Source of the DNA: a virus
IMG/VR virus record: IMGVR_UViG_3300045988_127492
Coordinates: 87,921-151,920 of that record
Reading direction: 5' to 3' (one strand)
Length of the DNA stretch: 64,000 nucleotides
The notes beneath the pieces are model-generated. The model saw nothing but the letters and a program-made list of their open reading frames with translations, was not told the origin of the DNA and did no database searches. Positions 1-9,093 of this stretch are shown piece after piece. Every line of letters starts with the position of its first letter. Positions within the stretch are counted from its first letter, which is position 1. The position numbers and the translations under genes are program-made.

Positions 1-67
1 CTTTCTTTTTTGCAATGATGTAACTTGAAGATGAGCTATTAGTAACAAACCCTCTTCTTATTTTCAT
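1..67 (-). CDS. 5' end (22 codons) of a GFVTNSSSSS N-terminal-motif family protein; remainder lies left of the window
   Basis: Reverse complement reads MKIRRGFVTNSSSSSYIIAKKK, the same N-terminus as 24726-25499, 26366-26824 and 26821-27105. ATG overlaps the stop of 67-444 (TAATG). Confidence 0.5.
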   Translation of the reverse strand, partial: MKIRRGFVTNSSSSSYIIAKKK

Positions 68-444
68 TATCCATCTCTCCCTTCTCCTTCAGCAACTTCT
101 ATATCAGCAAATCCATTTTCTTCCGTAATGGCATCAATCGCTTCATTCATAGAAAAATTATAATTATAATTAACATCACCCCACTCATCTTCATAGGCCT
201 CATTGCTATCCATAATTACAATATATTCTCCATCAGGATGCTTTTCTAAAATGTCATCAACTCCATAAATTGTTGCTCCGCACCAGCTAGCCCCGAGACC
301 ACCACACCAATCTTTTTCATCATTTACGCCGGCAACATCTAATACATTAAGATTAAATTGATCAATTATCTTCTGAACTTTTTTCTTTGTCAGCGATTCT
401 TGCAAAACAGATAATGAAACTGCTAGAGCTTGAATTAGTGACAA
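67..444 (-). CDS. hypothetical acidic protein
   Basis: 125-aa ORF with a strongly acidic C-terminal half. Coupled to the downstream start. No family recognised. Confidence 0.6.
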   Translation of the reverse strand: MSLIQALAVSLSVLQESLTKKKVQKIIDQFNLNVLDVAGVNDEKDWCGGLGASWCGATIYGVDDILEKHPDGEYIVIMDSNEAYEDEWGDVNYNYNFSMNEAIDAITEENGFADIEVAEGEGRDG

Positions 445-474
445 ATCCTTTCCGTATTTTCATGGTCCTCCCTT

Positions 475-663
475 CTAGTGGCTTTCGCCACTAGATTTCT
501 TATTCCAATTTGGTTTGTTAGTTTTCATTTTATTTACATGTTTAGAAAACGCTAGGGACTTCTTAGATGGCTTTAATCCATGCTTAGTCATTCTGGTGTG
601 TTCTTTTCCGTTTTTATCTACTCTCGTTGTATACTCTTTGTTCCAAGAATTCTTTGATTTCAT
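475..663 (-). CDS. small lysine-rich basic protein
   Basis: 62-aa ORF starting 1 nt after the nadE-like stop. Very K/H/N rich. No family recognised. Confidence 0.45.
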   Translation of the reverse strand: MKSKNSWNKEYTTRVDKNGKEHTRMTKHGLKPSKKSLAFSKHVNKMKTNKPNWNKKSSGESH

Positions 664-664
664 A

Positions 665-1810
665 TTACATATCCTCCATTGAATAAATTACTCTCTCTAA
701 GCTTCTTTTGGATTTAAAGCATTTCTTAAGTAAACACCACATAATTGCCTTTTCAACATCGTCTTCATCTTCCCAATCATTTAAGACTACAGAAGTTTGA
801 GTTCCATCTTTAAAGCCAACAGTTGTTCTAATCTTTTCTGTAGAAATATCTCTTGTTCTTCCTACAAATGCAATATCGTCTTTCGATAAGGTTTTACAAA
901 CGTGTTTATCAGTTTTGTTTTTAGGTACAATATATACATCAATACCCAAAGCATCTTTAATCTGACGTTCGCAACTTCTAAGCTCCTCTCCAATAGTATG
1001 TTCTTTTTCTTTTTTCGCTACTACTTTTTCAAGTGCTTTTAAGATTTCATCTGGTGACATGTTCATATCTGTTTTCTCCTCTTTATAATCAAAATATGGC
1101 ATTGGTTTCAGTTTAAACTCATTCTTCTCATGTAAACGATCAATTCGTCTTTTTACTTCTGGATCGTCACATACTCCTGTACGAATATATCTATCTAATA
1201 CTGCATAGGTGAATCCAAAGTTATCTTCATCTGACTTGCCGCATAAACCATCTGCTGGCGTTTTCTCTACATATTTTTTAGGCAATCTTAAATAATGACC
1301 AATTGCTACAACTTCCTTTTTTACAAAAGGAGCTAATGGAGCTAAATCTCCTGCTCCGTCACCATCACGAGTAAAATATCCAATATATATTTCACTAAGA
1401 TTTCCAGTATTGACTACTCTTCCATTATGAGACTGTGCTACCCCGCGTAAAACAGCCATTCTTAATCTTGGAGCAAGATTAATCAGGGTCTGATCTGATA
1501 CATCCAGTGCAAGATCAATCTGATCAATGATATCATCATAAGCATATCCAATATTAATAGTAAGATAATCAATACCTAATACGTGCTGGCAGATATCATA
1601 CGCCACATCTATATCATCCTGTTTGTAATTTGGCATAATTACTCCGAGGACTTTGCTTGGTCCGACAGCTTCCACACATAACTTAGCAGCTACTAAAGAG
1701 TCAACACCGCCGGAAATACCTACTATAAAGTTACATTCTGGGCCATTTTTCTCTCTCCAATCTCTGATCCACTGAATGCAATCATTTGTTGCTTTTTCTA
1801 CATTAAACAT
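665..1810 (-). CDS. nadE: NH3-dependent NAD+ synthetase (PP-loop ATPase) with ~130-aa C-terminal extension
   Basis: PP-loop GISGGVDSLVAA near the N-terminus. NadE-like body of ~245 aa, then an extra domain (res ~250-381) of unknown family. Confidence 0.85.
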   Translation of the reverse strand: MFNVEKATNDCIQWIRDWREKNGPECNFIVGISGGVDSLVAAKLCVEAVGPSKVLGVIMPNYKQDDIDVAYDICQHVLGIDYLTINIGYAYDDIIDQIDLALDVSDQTLINLAPRLRMAVLRGVAQSHNGRVVNTGNLSEIYIGYFTRDGDGAGDLAPLAPFVKKEVVAIGHYLRLPKKYVEKTPADGLCGKSDEDNFGFTYAVLDRYIRTGVCDDPEVKRRIDRLHEKNEFKLKPMPYFDYKEEKTDMNMSPDEILKALEKVVAKKEKEHTIGEELRSCERQIKDALGIDVYIVPKNKTDKHVCKTLSKDDIAFVGRTRDISTEKIRTTVGFKDGTQTSVVLNDWEDEDDVEKAIMWCLLKKCFKSKRSLERVIYSMEDM

Positions 1811-2303
1811 TCTGTTCCTCCAATTTCCATAATTCTACTTCAAAGTTACACAATTCTTCTTCTATAATTTTGTAAATCACATCCCAATCTGCGCCTCCTC
1901 TTCCGCAGCCTATTTTATATGGGAGTGCAATGCTTGTCTTGTGAGGCCTATTATCAACATCAAACCAATAAATAGGTATCTGTTGCCGAATGAAATTTAA
2001 TCCCTCTCGAAAAGCTTTAAGATCTGTATATTGCTTACCATCATATCCATACTTGTCTTGTGCAAATAAAGACAATATTACTTGATTTTTCCATCTGATA
2101 AAGTACTCGTCATATGTTCCAAGAAGTAATTCTGGATTAAACTCACGTAATTTACAGACGTTTCTATAATGTATATAAATACTTTCGTCATAATCTCTTA
2201 ATGCTTTAGCAACACCAGTATTCATTTCTCCTTGGCAGTTAACTTGATGAATTATATAATCGGTCTTTGCATCTACAATGTTGCCTTCAATAATTCTAAT
2301 CAT
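1803..2303 (-). CDS. macro-domain (ADP-ribose binding/processing) protein
   Basis: IIHQVNCQGEMNTGVAKAL and IGCGRGGADW motifs typical of stand-alone macro domains. 166 aa. Overlaps the nadE start. Confidence 0.75.
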   Translation of the reverse strand: MIRIIEGNIVDAKTDYIIHQVNCQGEMNTGVAKALRDYDESIYIHYRNVCKLREFNPELLLGTYDEYFIRWKNQVILSLFAQDKYGYDGKQYTDLKAFREGLNFIRQQIPIYWFDVDNRPHKTSIALPYKIGCGRGGADWDVIYKIIEEELCNFEVELWKLEEQNV

Positions 2304-2844
2304 TTTTTACCTCTTTATAATTTGCATCTCCTACGTCATACATACTAAAATGGAAATCCATATAATCTTTATCATCTATATCTTCTTTGTCAAAGAAATC
2401 TTCAATCTGCTTTCCATCTGCAATTACAATATAGAGATTTCCATCTTTGCTTATGTACGTTTTTTGAGCTTCGTTTGTATAATCACTATCACCTGTCCAA
2501 TCTGTATAATACTCATAAGATTCTACCGGTTCGTCAGGATGATATTCGTCTTCTAGTTCAAACTTAATTTTTGTAATGTCATTATACATAGACAATGTAT
2601 CAAATATCATTTCTGAAAAACCTTCTGGTACCGCAAAACAACCAAACTGATTTCTCTTTTTATTTGCATCTTTATGAATTTCAATGGCAATAATGTTAGC
2701 TGACACCATTTTACAAATAGCGTTACATGCTATTCTTCTTACAGAAGTGTCTATATCCTCTACTATAAAATCTCCTATGTATTTACCATCAATGGTCACA
2801 TAATCACAATTTTCTAAAATGAAGGTAATTGATTTTAGTCTCAT
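2296..2844 (-). CDS. hypothetical protein
   Basis: Track ORF 2296-2937. Start moved to the internal ATG 2844, preceded by AGGAGA, which avoids an 85-nt overlap with the upstream gene. Confidence 0.6.
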   Translation of the reverse strand: MRLKSITFILENCDYVTIDGKYIGDFIVEDIDTSVRRIACNAICKMVSANIIAIEIHKDANKKRNQFGCFAVPEGFSEMIFDTLSMYNDITKIKFELEDEYHPDEPVESYEYYTDWTGDSDYTNEAQKTYISKDGNLYIVIADGKQIEDFFDKEDIDDKDYMDFHFSMYDVGDANYKEVKND

Positions 2845-2852
2845 TTTTTCTC

Positions 2853-3266
2853 CTATAAATCCTGGAACGTAAACTTCTCGCCACAAGAGCAAATCACTTC
2901 TCCAATAGTTCCAATTGATGTAGGTGTGAAGCACCATGTAAGAGATCCACCTATGCAGCCATGTCCCATTGCTCTCTGTTTAGAAGTTTTAAGTCCATGT
3001 TTTTCTGCATCATGTTTCAACTGCCACTCTCTAATTTTCTTTTCTTCCTTTTCAGAAATTGGGAATCCTCTGTACAGATCTTCTTTTGCTTTTTTCAATT
3101 CAGCTTCCATTCTCTGCATTTCAGAATCTTTATAATGCTCATCTTTGAGATTTTTATTTTCTTCACTCAGATACTTAATTCGTCTTTCATAAGAATCTGC
3201 CTTATCAATAATTCCCTGACAAAGTTCTGAAACCGAATCAGTAAAATATGTTTTTCTCATTTTCAT
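2853..3266 (-). CDS. hypothetical coiled-coil protein with Cys/His-rich C-terminus
   Basis: 137-aa ORF with charged heptad-like N-terminal two thirds. C-terminal GHGCIGG...CSCGEKF. Confidence 0.6.
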   Translation of the reverse strand: MKMRKTYFTDSVSELCQGIIDKADSYERRIKYLSEENKNLKDEHYKDSEMQRMEAELKKAKEDLYRGFPISEKEEKKIREWQLKHDAEKHGLKTSKQRAMGHGCIGGSLTWCFTPTSIGTIGEVICSCGEKFTFQDL

Positions 3267-3267
3267 C

Positions 3268-4734
3268 TTAATGTTCTCCGTTTAATCTGTTTCTGATTTT
3301 TTCAAAACACTCATCATCATATGTTCCCCCATTAATGAACACTGTCCTTAATGCATCATCATATACAAGACTGTCATATCCATCTGCACACTGTAGTTCT
3401 CCATTTTCATCATAATAGATATAACAACATCCTTTATGAGATTTCTTTAAATGACTTGTATCAGTCTTCGGATCCTTATAAATCATGACTGGTTGTCCAT
3501 TAACTTCTCCGAACGTAGCTTTCATAGCAATTCCAAACATATCTCTAGTTACAACGACCATACGTCCATCAGGTTCTACGACCGCTGAAAAACAAAAAGC
3601 TCCCACACCAAAAACAATATTGTTCGCGGCGAATCCTTTCTTCTCAAGTTCCTCCCATACCTGCCTTACATTATTAAGAGTACAGCCATCTCCATAGATA
3701 ATTCCAATATGAGGGTCCAGTACTTTATATCCTTTGCTATTCACTGATCCTTCAAATGTGTTCCAGAGTTTTTCAATTGTCTTTACTGAAATTTCTACCA
3801 TATTTCCACTGTCCGGACGAACCAGAAGCTTACCGTTATGCTGCATAATTTCTTCTTTACAAGCTGGAAGAATGTTGTCAATCATATTCCAGTAATCATA
3901 TGTATCAGATACCATACTGAATGATGCATTAGGATAAAGCTCTGTAAGCAGTCTCTTCACAAATGTAATTTCATCTCCGTCTACGGCGAAGTTTGAAGCC
4001 ATAACTGAGTGTTCTGTTGAGATTGCTCCAATTCCAATACCTTCTGTATAACAATCAGCATCGTAATATTTGTCCAAATAATCAATTGCTGGGATTGTGC
4101 TGGTTTTATCGAATGATAATAACCATGCGGCAGAACATCTTTTAGCTTCTTCAATACAGGACATTCCTCTCATTCCAAAGTCAGAGCAAGCTAAATTGGG
4201 TTTTAAAGAGTCATCACAAGTCTTTTTGTAATAGAAATTAGCCAACTCTCTGTACATATGTCCGATTGTCGCATGAGCACATGGCTTCCAGAGTTCTACC
4301 TGCAGGATACATTCAATCCACTGTACAACCCATGCAAAGTCTGGATGTGTATTTGTGATCTCGATACACGGTACCCCCATCGGAACCAGTGTTCCCTCCG
4401 GTAATGCGCGGATTTGAATTGGAAGATATCCTAATTCGTGGAGTTTAAGGATTGGAGAAATATCGTAATTTCTTTCCCCTAACTGGATATCCATACTATA
4501 TGTATAGAGTTCCTGAATTTCGTCAGTATTCAACTTGAAAAAATCCCTTTTGAAATATTTAACAAGATACTCTTTAATAAAAGCCTGCAGTCCGAAGAAA
4601 ACCATATGATCTTGCTCCTTTAACATTGATCTTCTCGGAGTCCAATAAGAGACTAACTTCGTAAGTCCCTTCGGATAGATTTTATTATGGATTTGCTTAT
4701 AAGTGTCACTTAATAAAATTGCAAGTGTATTCAT
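3268..4734 (-). CDS. NAMPT-family phosphoribosyltransferase (NadV, or NARP1 Namat-like nicotinamide ADP-ribosyl transferase)
   Basis: N-terminus LLSDTYKQIHNKIYPKGLTKLVSYWTPR parallels the NAMPT signature [25 protein letters not shown]. 488 aa is a typical family length. Confidence 0.9.
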   Translation of the reverse strand: MNTLAILLSDTYKQIHNKIYPKGLTKLVSYWTPRRSMLKEQDHMVFFGLQAFIKEYLVKYFKRDFFKLNTDEIQELYTYSMDIQLGERNYDISPILKLHELGYLPIQIRALPEGTLVPMGVPCIEITNTHPDFAWVVQWIECILQVELWKPCAHATIGHMYRELANFYYKKTCDDSLKPNLACSDFGMRGMSCIEEAKRCSAAWLLSFDKTSTIPAIDYLDKYYDADCYTEGIGIGAISTEHSVMASNFAVDGDEITFVKRLLTELYPNASFSMVSDTYDYWNMIDNILPACKEEIMQHNGKLLVRPDSGNMVEISVKTIEKLWNTFEGSVNSKGYKVLDPHIGIIYGDGCTLNNVRQVWEELEKKGFAANNIVFGVGAFCFSAVVEPDGRMVVVTRDMFGIAMKATFGEVNGQPVMIYKDPKTDTSHLKKSHKGCCYIYYDENGELQCADGYDSLVYDDALRTVFINGGTYDDECFEKIRNRLNGEH

Positions 4735-5123
4735 TATTTTTTATTCTCCTCTTTGTTGTTTACAACTTTATCAATCTGGTCAGTAATGTAATCAATAACA
4801 TCCTTGCCGGTTTTCCCAACTGCTTGAATGTTATCTGTCGTTACATTATCTAATACAATCATTGTATACATTGTATCTTTCGATGGAGTTACTGCAAAAA
4901 GTAAACTACTAACGCAAAGCCAGATAACTGATTTCTTTAAATACTTTTTACATGCAACAACAGGTTCCTCATCCTGTTCATAATCCATAGAACTAAGAAA
5001 CCAAATAATTGATAATACCACCGCTGCACATCCAAGTAAAAATAATACAACACTAAATAATCCCTTTAAATCATCAAATAAATCAATTAAATAAATCAAC
5101 CATGGGTTAATAATCGGTTTCAT
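4734..5123 (-). CDS. membrane protein (2 predicted TM helices)
   Basis: 129 aa with hydrophobic stretches LFSVVLFLLGCAAVVLSIIWFL and VIWLCVSSLLFAV. Start/stop coupled to its neighbours. Confidence 0.6.
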   Translation of the reverse strand: MKPIINPWLIYLIDLFDDLKGLFSVVLFLLGCAAVVLSIIWFLSSMDYEQDEEPVVACKKYLKKSVIWLCVSSLLFAVTPSKDTMYTMIVLDNVTTDNIQAVGKTGKDVIDYITDQIDKVVNNKEENKK

Positions 5124-5136
5124 ATTTTTATCTCCT

Positions 5137-5526
5137 TTATAACTTTCCTATCAAACAGCTCCAAGTAAAACCAATCTGAAACATATGAGTTATTTGATCT
5201 TGAATTAAATTAATTTTCTTTTTATTGGCTTTCATATCATCTACTAACATATGTATCAATAAATTCATAACCAATAATAAAGGATTCCATTTACCACCAA
5301 TAATCATAAGCGCAATTGTTGGTGGTAACATAATCATAAATGACCAACTAAAGCTATGCATAAACAATGCTGCTAAATAATCATATTTATATAATTTTCC
5401 TGGTGCATTCTTTTCCCACCATGATTTTTGCTTTGCAGATGCTAACCATCCTTGCAAGTAATAATCATCTACAATATGACAGAAAATCATAGTAAATAAG
5501 ATAAATATTTTATATGCAATATTCAT
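5137..5526 (-). CDS. polytopic membrane protein
   Basis: 129 aa with 3-4 hydrophobic segments and an N-terminal HIVDDYYLQ motif. Shares a 1-nt junction with the Prs-like gene. Confidence 0.6.
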   Translation of the reverse strand: MNIAYKIFILFTMIFCHIVDDYYLQGWLASAKQKSWWEKNAPGKLYKYDYLAALFMHSFSWSFMIMLPPTIALMIIGGKWNPLLLVMNLLIHMLVDDMKANKKKINLIQDQITHMFQIGFTWSCLIGKL

Positions 5527-6329
5527 TATCTAAACCTCTCAATCAGTTCAATCTTAGGACTTTCAAGATTTGTCAAAATCGTATCTGTCGTATAAATCTT
5601 CTCAATCAGTCCATTATTCTTCAGAAGCTCTCCATCATAAATAGTGTTTTCACAATGAGTAACATAGAGATAAATCTTACCTACACCGGCCTCCTTTAGC
5701 TTTTTAGCACTATGATAAAAAGTACCGCCTCTGCTACAGATATCATCTACTATAAGGATATCTTTACCTGGGAGTTGATTAATTTCACCTGATAGATCAA
5801 GACCTTTGATTTCTCCTGTCTCCCAGTCTCTATTCTTAATACCAAACGCATATGGAAGATGTACCATGGAAGAATATCTCTTCATAGATCCTGCGTCTGG
5901 ATAAAACATCATGAGATTATCACTCGCAATCTTCTTGACAGTAGCTTCAATCATTCGATTCGGTGACTCTACATGCACTTTATTAAATAACGCAACAGAT
6001 ACATCAGAGTGAGGATCTAAAACTTCTACCTTATTAAAATGCAATGAATTAATAATCTGAGCAAAATATTTTAAAGTAAATAATTCGTTCTCATGCTTAA
6101 CTCGATCCATACGAGCATCTGGGATATAAGGCATGTATAAACTAGGTACTACTCTATGGTCCCAACAATATCTAGCTATATATTCAACTGCTGTTAACTC
6201 TTCCATTGATTCAAAGAACCATTCAATATTATCTCTACTCCATCCACCGATGGGTGGGAGATTCTTAAATAAGAATGTCCCATCCGGATATTTATCAAGT
6301 TTGATTTCTACACCGTTTAATTTAATCAT
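5526..6329 (-). CDS. ribose-phosphate pyrophosphokinase family protein (Prs, or NARP1 Adps-like ADPR pyrophosphokinase)
   Basis: PRPP-loop ILIVDDICSRGGTFYH. 267 aa, shorter than housekeeping Prs (~315 aa). Confidence 0.85.
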   Translation of the reverse strand: MIKLNGVEIKLDKYPDGTFLFKNLPPIGGWSRDNIEWFFESMEELTAVEYIARYCWDHRVVPSLYMPYIPDARMDRVKHENELFTLKYFAQIINSLHFNKVEVLDPHSDVSVALFNKVHVESPNRMIEATVKKIASDNLMMFYPDAGSMKRYSSMVHLPYAFGIKNRDWETGEIKGLDLSGEINQLPGKDILIVDDICSRGGTFYHSAKKLKEAGVGKIYLYVTHCENTIYDGELLKNNGLIEKIYTTDTILTNLESPKIELIERFR

Positions 6330-6684
6330 TCCAAATCTCCTTGTAATTTATTTCTCGCTGCTCAATGATGTTATTTCTTGTGAAAACAATCTCAAAATCT
6401 GAAATCTGTTTCGTTCCAACAAGCTGAAATTCATAAACTTTATATCCAAGTTTCTTCAGTTCAAGAACATCAGTAAGGCTGAACCAGTGTTTTAATGTTT
6501 CCTTTGATGGTGCTGCTGAGAACCACTGTTTCCCACCTTCTCTGTATAATTCACTATCTTCCATTGGCAGGTTTCTACTTAATCCTTCTGAGAGCTGGTC
6601 GAATACAGGATTCCATGTTCCATCAAAATTCCGCCACAGTCCATGTTTCTCAATTTGGTCTTCTACTCTATATCCGAAAATCAT
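6322..6684 (-). CDS. hypothetical protein inside the NAD island
   Basis: 120-aa ORF overlapping the Prs-like start by 8 nt. No family recognised. Confidence 0.6.
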   Translation of the reverse strand: MIFGYRVEDQIEKHGLWRNFDGTWNPVFDQLSEGLSRNLPMEDSELYREGGKQWFSAAPSKETLKHWFSLTDVLELKKLGYKVYEFQLVGTKQISDFEIVFTRNNIIEQREINYKEIWND

Positions 6685-6702
6685 TTCTTTTCTCCTATCA
6701 CA

Positions 6703-7398
6703 CTAATCTGACAACTTTTCATTGTATTTTTCTTTTAGTTTTTCATAAGCGAGATGTGCTTCATATTCTGTTTCATATCTTCCACCATATATATTTTTAC
6801 TATTGTGAACATATGTGACCTGCCATTTTCCATCTTTTAGTCTTGTTACACCTACATATCTTGATGTTGTTGTTAATTTTCTCCTGCCAAGCATTTCATC
6901 GAAATTAATTCTATTTGGTAAAAACATGCATGTCTCTATTGAGTATATTTTATTATTACTTCCAATATATGACATATCTTTATCTAATTGAATTTCTCCT
7001 TTTAAAAATTTTTGTTCATTATACCCTTTTATATTAGGGATATCTTTATAGAAATATTCAAAACACAACCATCTGTCGCATACCCGTATTCCCTTCTCCC
7101 CGTACAATTTATATCCCTTATGATTTTTGTTGTAACATCTTTCAATCATAAATTTCCATAAATTAAATTCTTTCTTATGATTGGATTTTTTTATATCGCC
7201 TTGACAGGCAACGCCATAATAAATAGGATAGTAAGGATCTCTTATTTCTCCATATATAACGCAAGATGCACATATATCTTTTTCATAATTAGTTAATAAA
7301 AATCTCACTCTATATTTCTGAGAATTATATCTTTTTATAATCTCATAATCTCCATATTTATTGGATTTTCTTATATCTCCAACTTTAATTTTACTCAT
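6703..7398 (-). CDS. AP2-domain DNA-binding protein, free-standing homing-endonuclease-like
   Basis: C-terminal YVGVTRLKDGKWQVTYVHNSKNIYGGRYETEYEAHLAYE (AP2/ERF-like). Central RCYNKNHKGYKLYGEKGIRVCDRW motif is common in phage HEG-like proteins. Confidence 0.65.
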   Translation of the reverse strand: MSKIKVGDIRKSNKYGDYEIIKRYNSQKYRVRFLLTNYEKDICASCVIYGEIRDPYYPIYYGVACQGDIKKSNHKKEFNLWKFMIERCYNKNHKGYKLYGEKGIRVCDRWLCFEYFYKDIPNIKGYNEQKFLKGEIQLDKDMSYIGSNNKIYSIETCMFLPNRINFDEMLGRRKLTTTSRYVGVTRLKDGKWQVTYVHNSKNIYGGRYETEYEAHLAYEKLKEKYNEKLSD

Positions 7399-7957
7399 TT
7401 ATGGCCTCAATCTGAAGTGATTTTAAAATTAACACCGTATTTTTATACATTTCTGTAGTAGTTGCAGCAGTACATTTTAAATCAATAAATATATTTGCTT
7501 CTGGAAAAGCTGTTTTTAATAATACCAAATTAGTAATAACACATACATCCAAGCACAAACCACAAAGCTCTATGAAATATTCGCCCTGAATTTCCTTATT
7601 TTCCGTTATAAATGGCTTTAAATATTCAATGAGTTCAAGAGATCCGAATGTATGTTTTAATATAGGTTTGTAATAACTGTATCCTCTTAAACAATTGTAA
7701 ATACTATCTTCAATTTGCCAACCATCTGAACTAACAATACAGTGCTTTATAGGTAATTTTTTACCTTCATTTGTCTCTAAGTAATCAGCATAATGAGTAT
7801 CTTGTGTAGATATAATAATGCCATTATTTGATTTATACTCTTCAATTTTTTTCACTATATTTGGTACAACTGCCTGAGCTTCCGGTGTACCTAGCGAACC
7901 TGTCACAAAATCATTCTGCACATCAACTACAATCAGAACTTTCTTTTTACTTTCCAC
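7391..7957 (-). CDS. pncA: nicotinamidase / isochorismatase-family hydrolase
   Basis: VLIVVDVQNDFVTGSLG N-terminal motif and catalytic-Cys region GLCLDVCV. 188 aa. Confidence 0.8.
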   Translation of the reverse strand: MESKKKVLIVVDVQNDFVTGSLGTPEAQAVVPNIVKKIEEYKSNNGIIISTQDTHYADYLETNEGKKLPIKHCIVSSDGWQIEDSIYNCLRGYSYYKPILKHTFGSLELIEYLKPFITENKEIQGEYFIELCGLCLDVCVITNLVLLKTAFPEANIFIDLKCTAATTTEMYKNTVLILKSLQIEAINE

Positions 7958-8570
7958 AAATATTACCTCCGATAATCATTTTCCCAAATGGATACTCGAC
8001 AATTCCATAGCTGCATAGGACTTCCATTTCTTTAGTTGGATCATTTCCACACACCTCTAACAATGCCTCAACTTCTTCTACTTTTCTATTGATTTGAGCT
8101 CTATCATCTTCATTATCCTTTAACAACTTATCTCTCATCTTTTTGCTATTTTCAGTCGCTTTATCAAACACATTAGGCATCTCAACTTTATAGCCTTCAT
8201 CCGTAAGTCGTTTCATACAAGCAATTAACTCATGTGTATTAGTATCTGAATTAAGTATCTCTAAAAGTTTTTCATTCATTTCCTTTTCGATTTTCTCAAG
8301 TGACCTTTTCTTCCAAAGTTTTACAACTGATGTGGAATTACTCACTGTTTTCACTTCCTTCTTTTCTGTCTGTAAAATATTTGCTAAATTATCTTCTTTT
8401 AAATAAAAGTACCCAAAATTGGATTTTTCATTGTATTTTCCAGGTACCTCCACTGCAACGAGGCCGGTATCACATATGCCTTTAACAGTTCCATTAAAAT
8501 GTAATAAATTACAAGATTGATACTTTTTAGGAACCGATATTATAAAGACTTTATTTCCTACATTAAACAT
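7947..8570 (-). CDS. hypothetical protein
   Basis: Track ORF 7947-8633 trimmed to ATG 8570 (GGAG RBS), because the 5' extension runs into tRNA-Leu. Confidence 0.6.
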   Translation of the reverse strand: MFNVGNKVFIISVPKKYQSCNLLHFNGTVKGICDTGLVAVEVPGKYNEKSNFGYFYLKEDNLANILQTEKKEVKTVSNSTSVVKLWKKRSLEKIEKEMNEKLLEILNSDTNTHELIACMKRLTDEGYKVEMPNVFDKATENSKKMRDKLLKDNEDDRAQINRKVEEVEALLEVCGNDPTKEMEVLCSYGIVEYPFGKMIIGGNICGK

Positions 8571-8594
8571 TTTTAACTCCTTTCTATTTATTAA

Positions 8595-8676
8595 TCCACC
8601 CAGAGAGACTCGAACTCTCACGCCGTTAAGCATTAGAACCTAAATCTAACGTGTCTACCAGTTCCACCATGAGTGG
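8595..8676 (-). tRNA. tRNA-Leu (anticodon TAG), class II
   Basis: Hand-folded. Acceptor CCACTCA/TGGGTGG. Anticodon stem TTAGA/TCTAA with loop TTTAGGT. Long variable arm. T-arm GAGAG-TTCGAGT-CTCTC. No encoded CCA. Confidence 0.8.
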
Positions 8677-8813
8677 GTACAACTGGCAGGTAAACTGCCA
8701 ATTGTTAATAATGAGAGCTACGATTATTTACTTATTCACTACTTACCAGCCTTGTACAAACTAAGAGCCAAGTATAATCATGCTCATAAACTTTTACCAA
8801 GGATTTGATAAAT

Positions 8814-8901
8814 CTTTATTCTTTATGCTTTATTCTTTAATCTTTAAATTGGGATAAACTTTGAATTTTGAATTTTAAGATTTGATATTTGAGCTTTGAA
8901 C
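8814..8901. repeat. two adjacent heptad tandem-repeat blocks: (CTTTATN)x5 then (TTTGANN)x6
   Basis: Read directly. CTTTATT CTTTATG CTTTATT CTTTAAT CTTTAAA at 8814-8848. TTTGA recurs at 8860, 8867, 8881, 8888 and 8895 in a 7-nt register. Confidence 0.7.
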
Positions 8902-9093
8902 TTTACAGCACTATGGCTATCTGCCTCATCTAATAATGTAAATATTAGACATACCAGTCTAATCCTTTTTGTATTTTATACCATTTGCTGTATAAGTAAT
9001 GCTGCAGTTTCTTTATTGTTTTATATATGTCTAACCCAGCTAAAAAGACATATAGATTATAGTTTAAAGTTTTCGATAAGCAGTGAATATATC

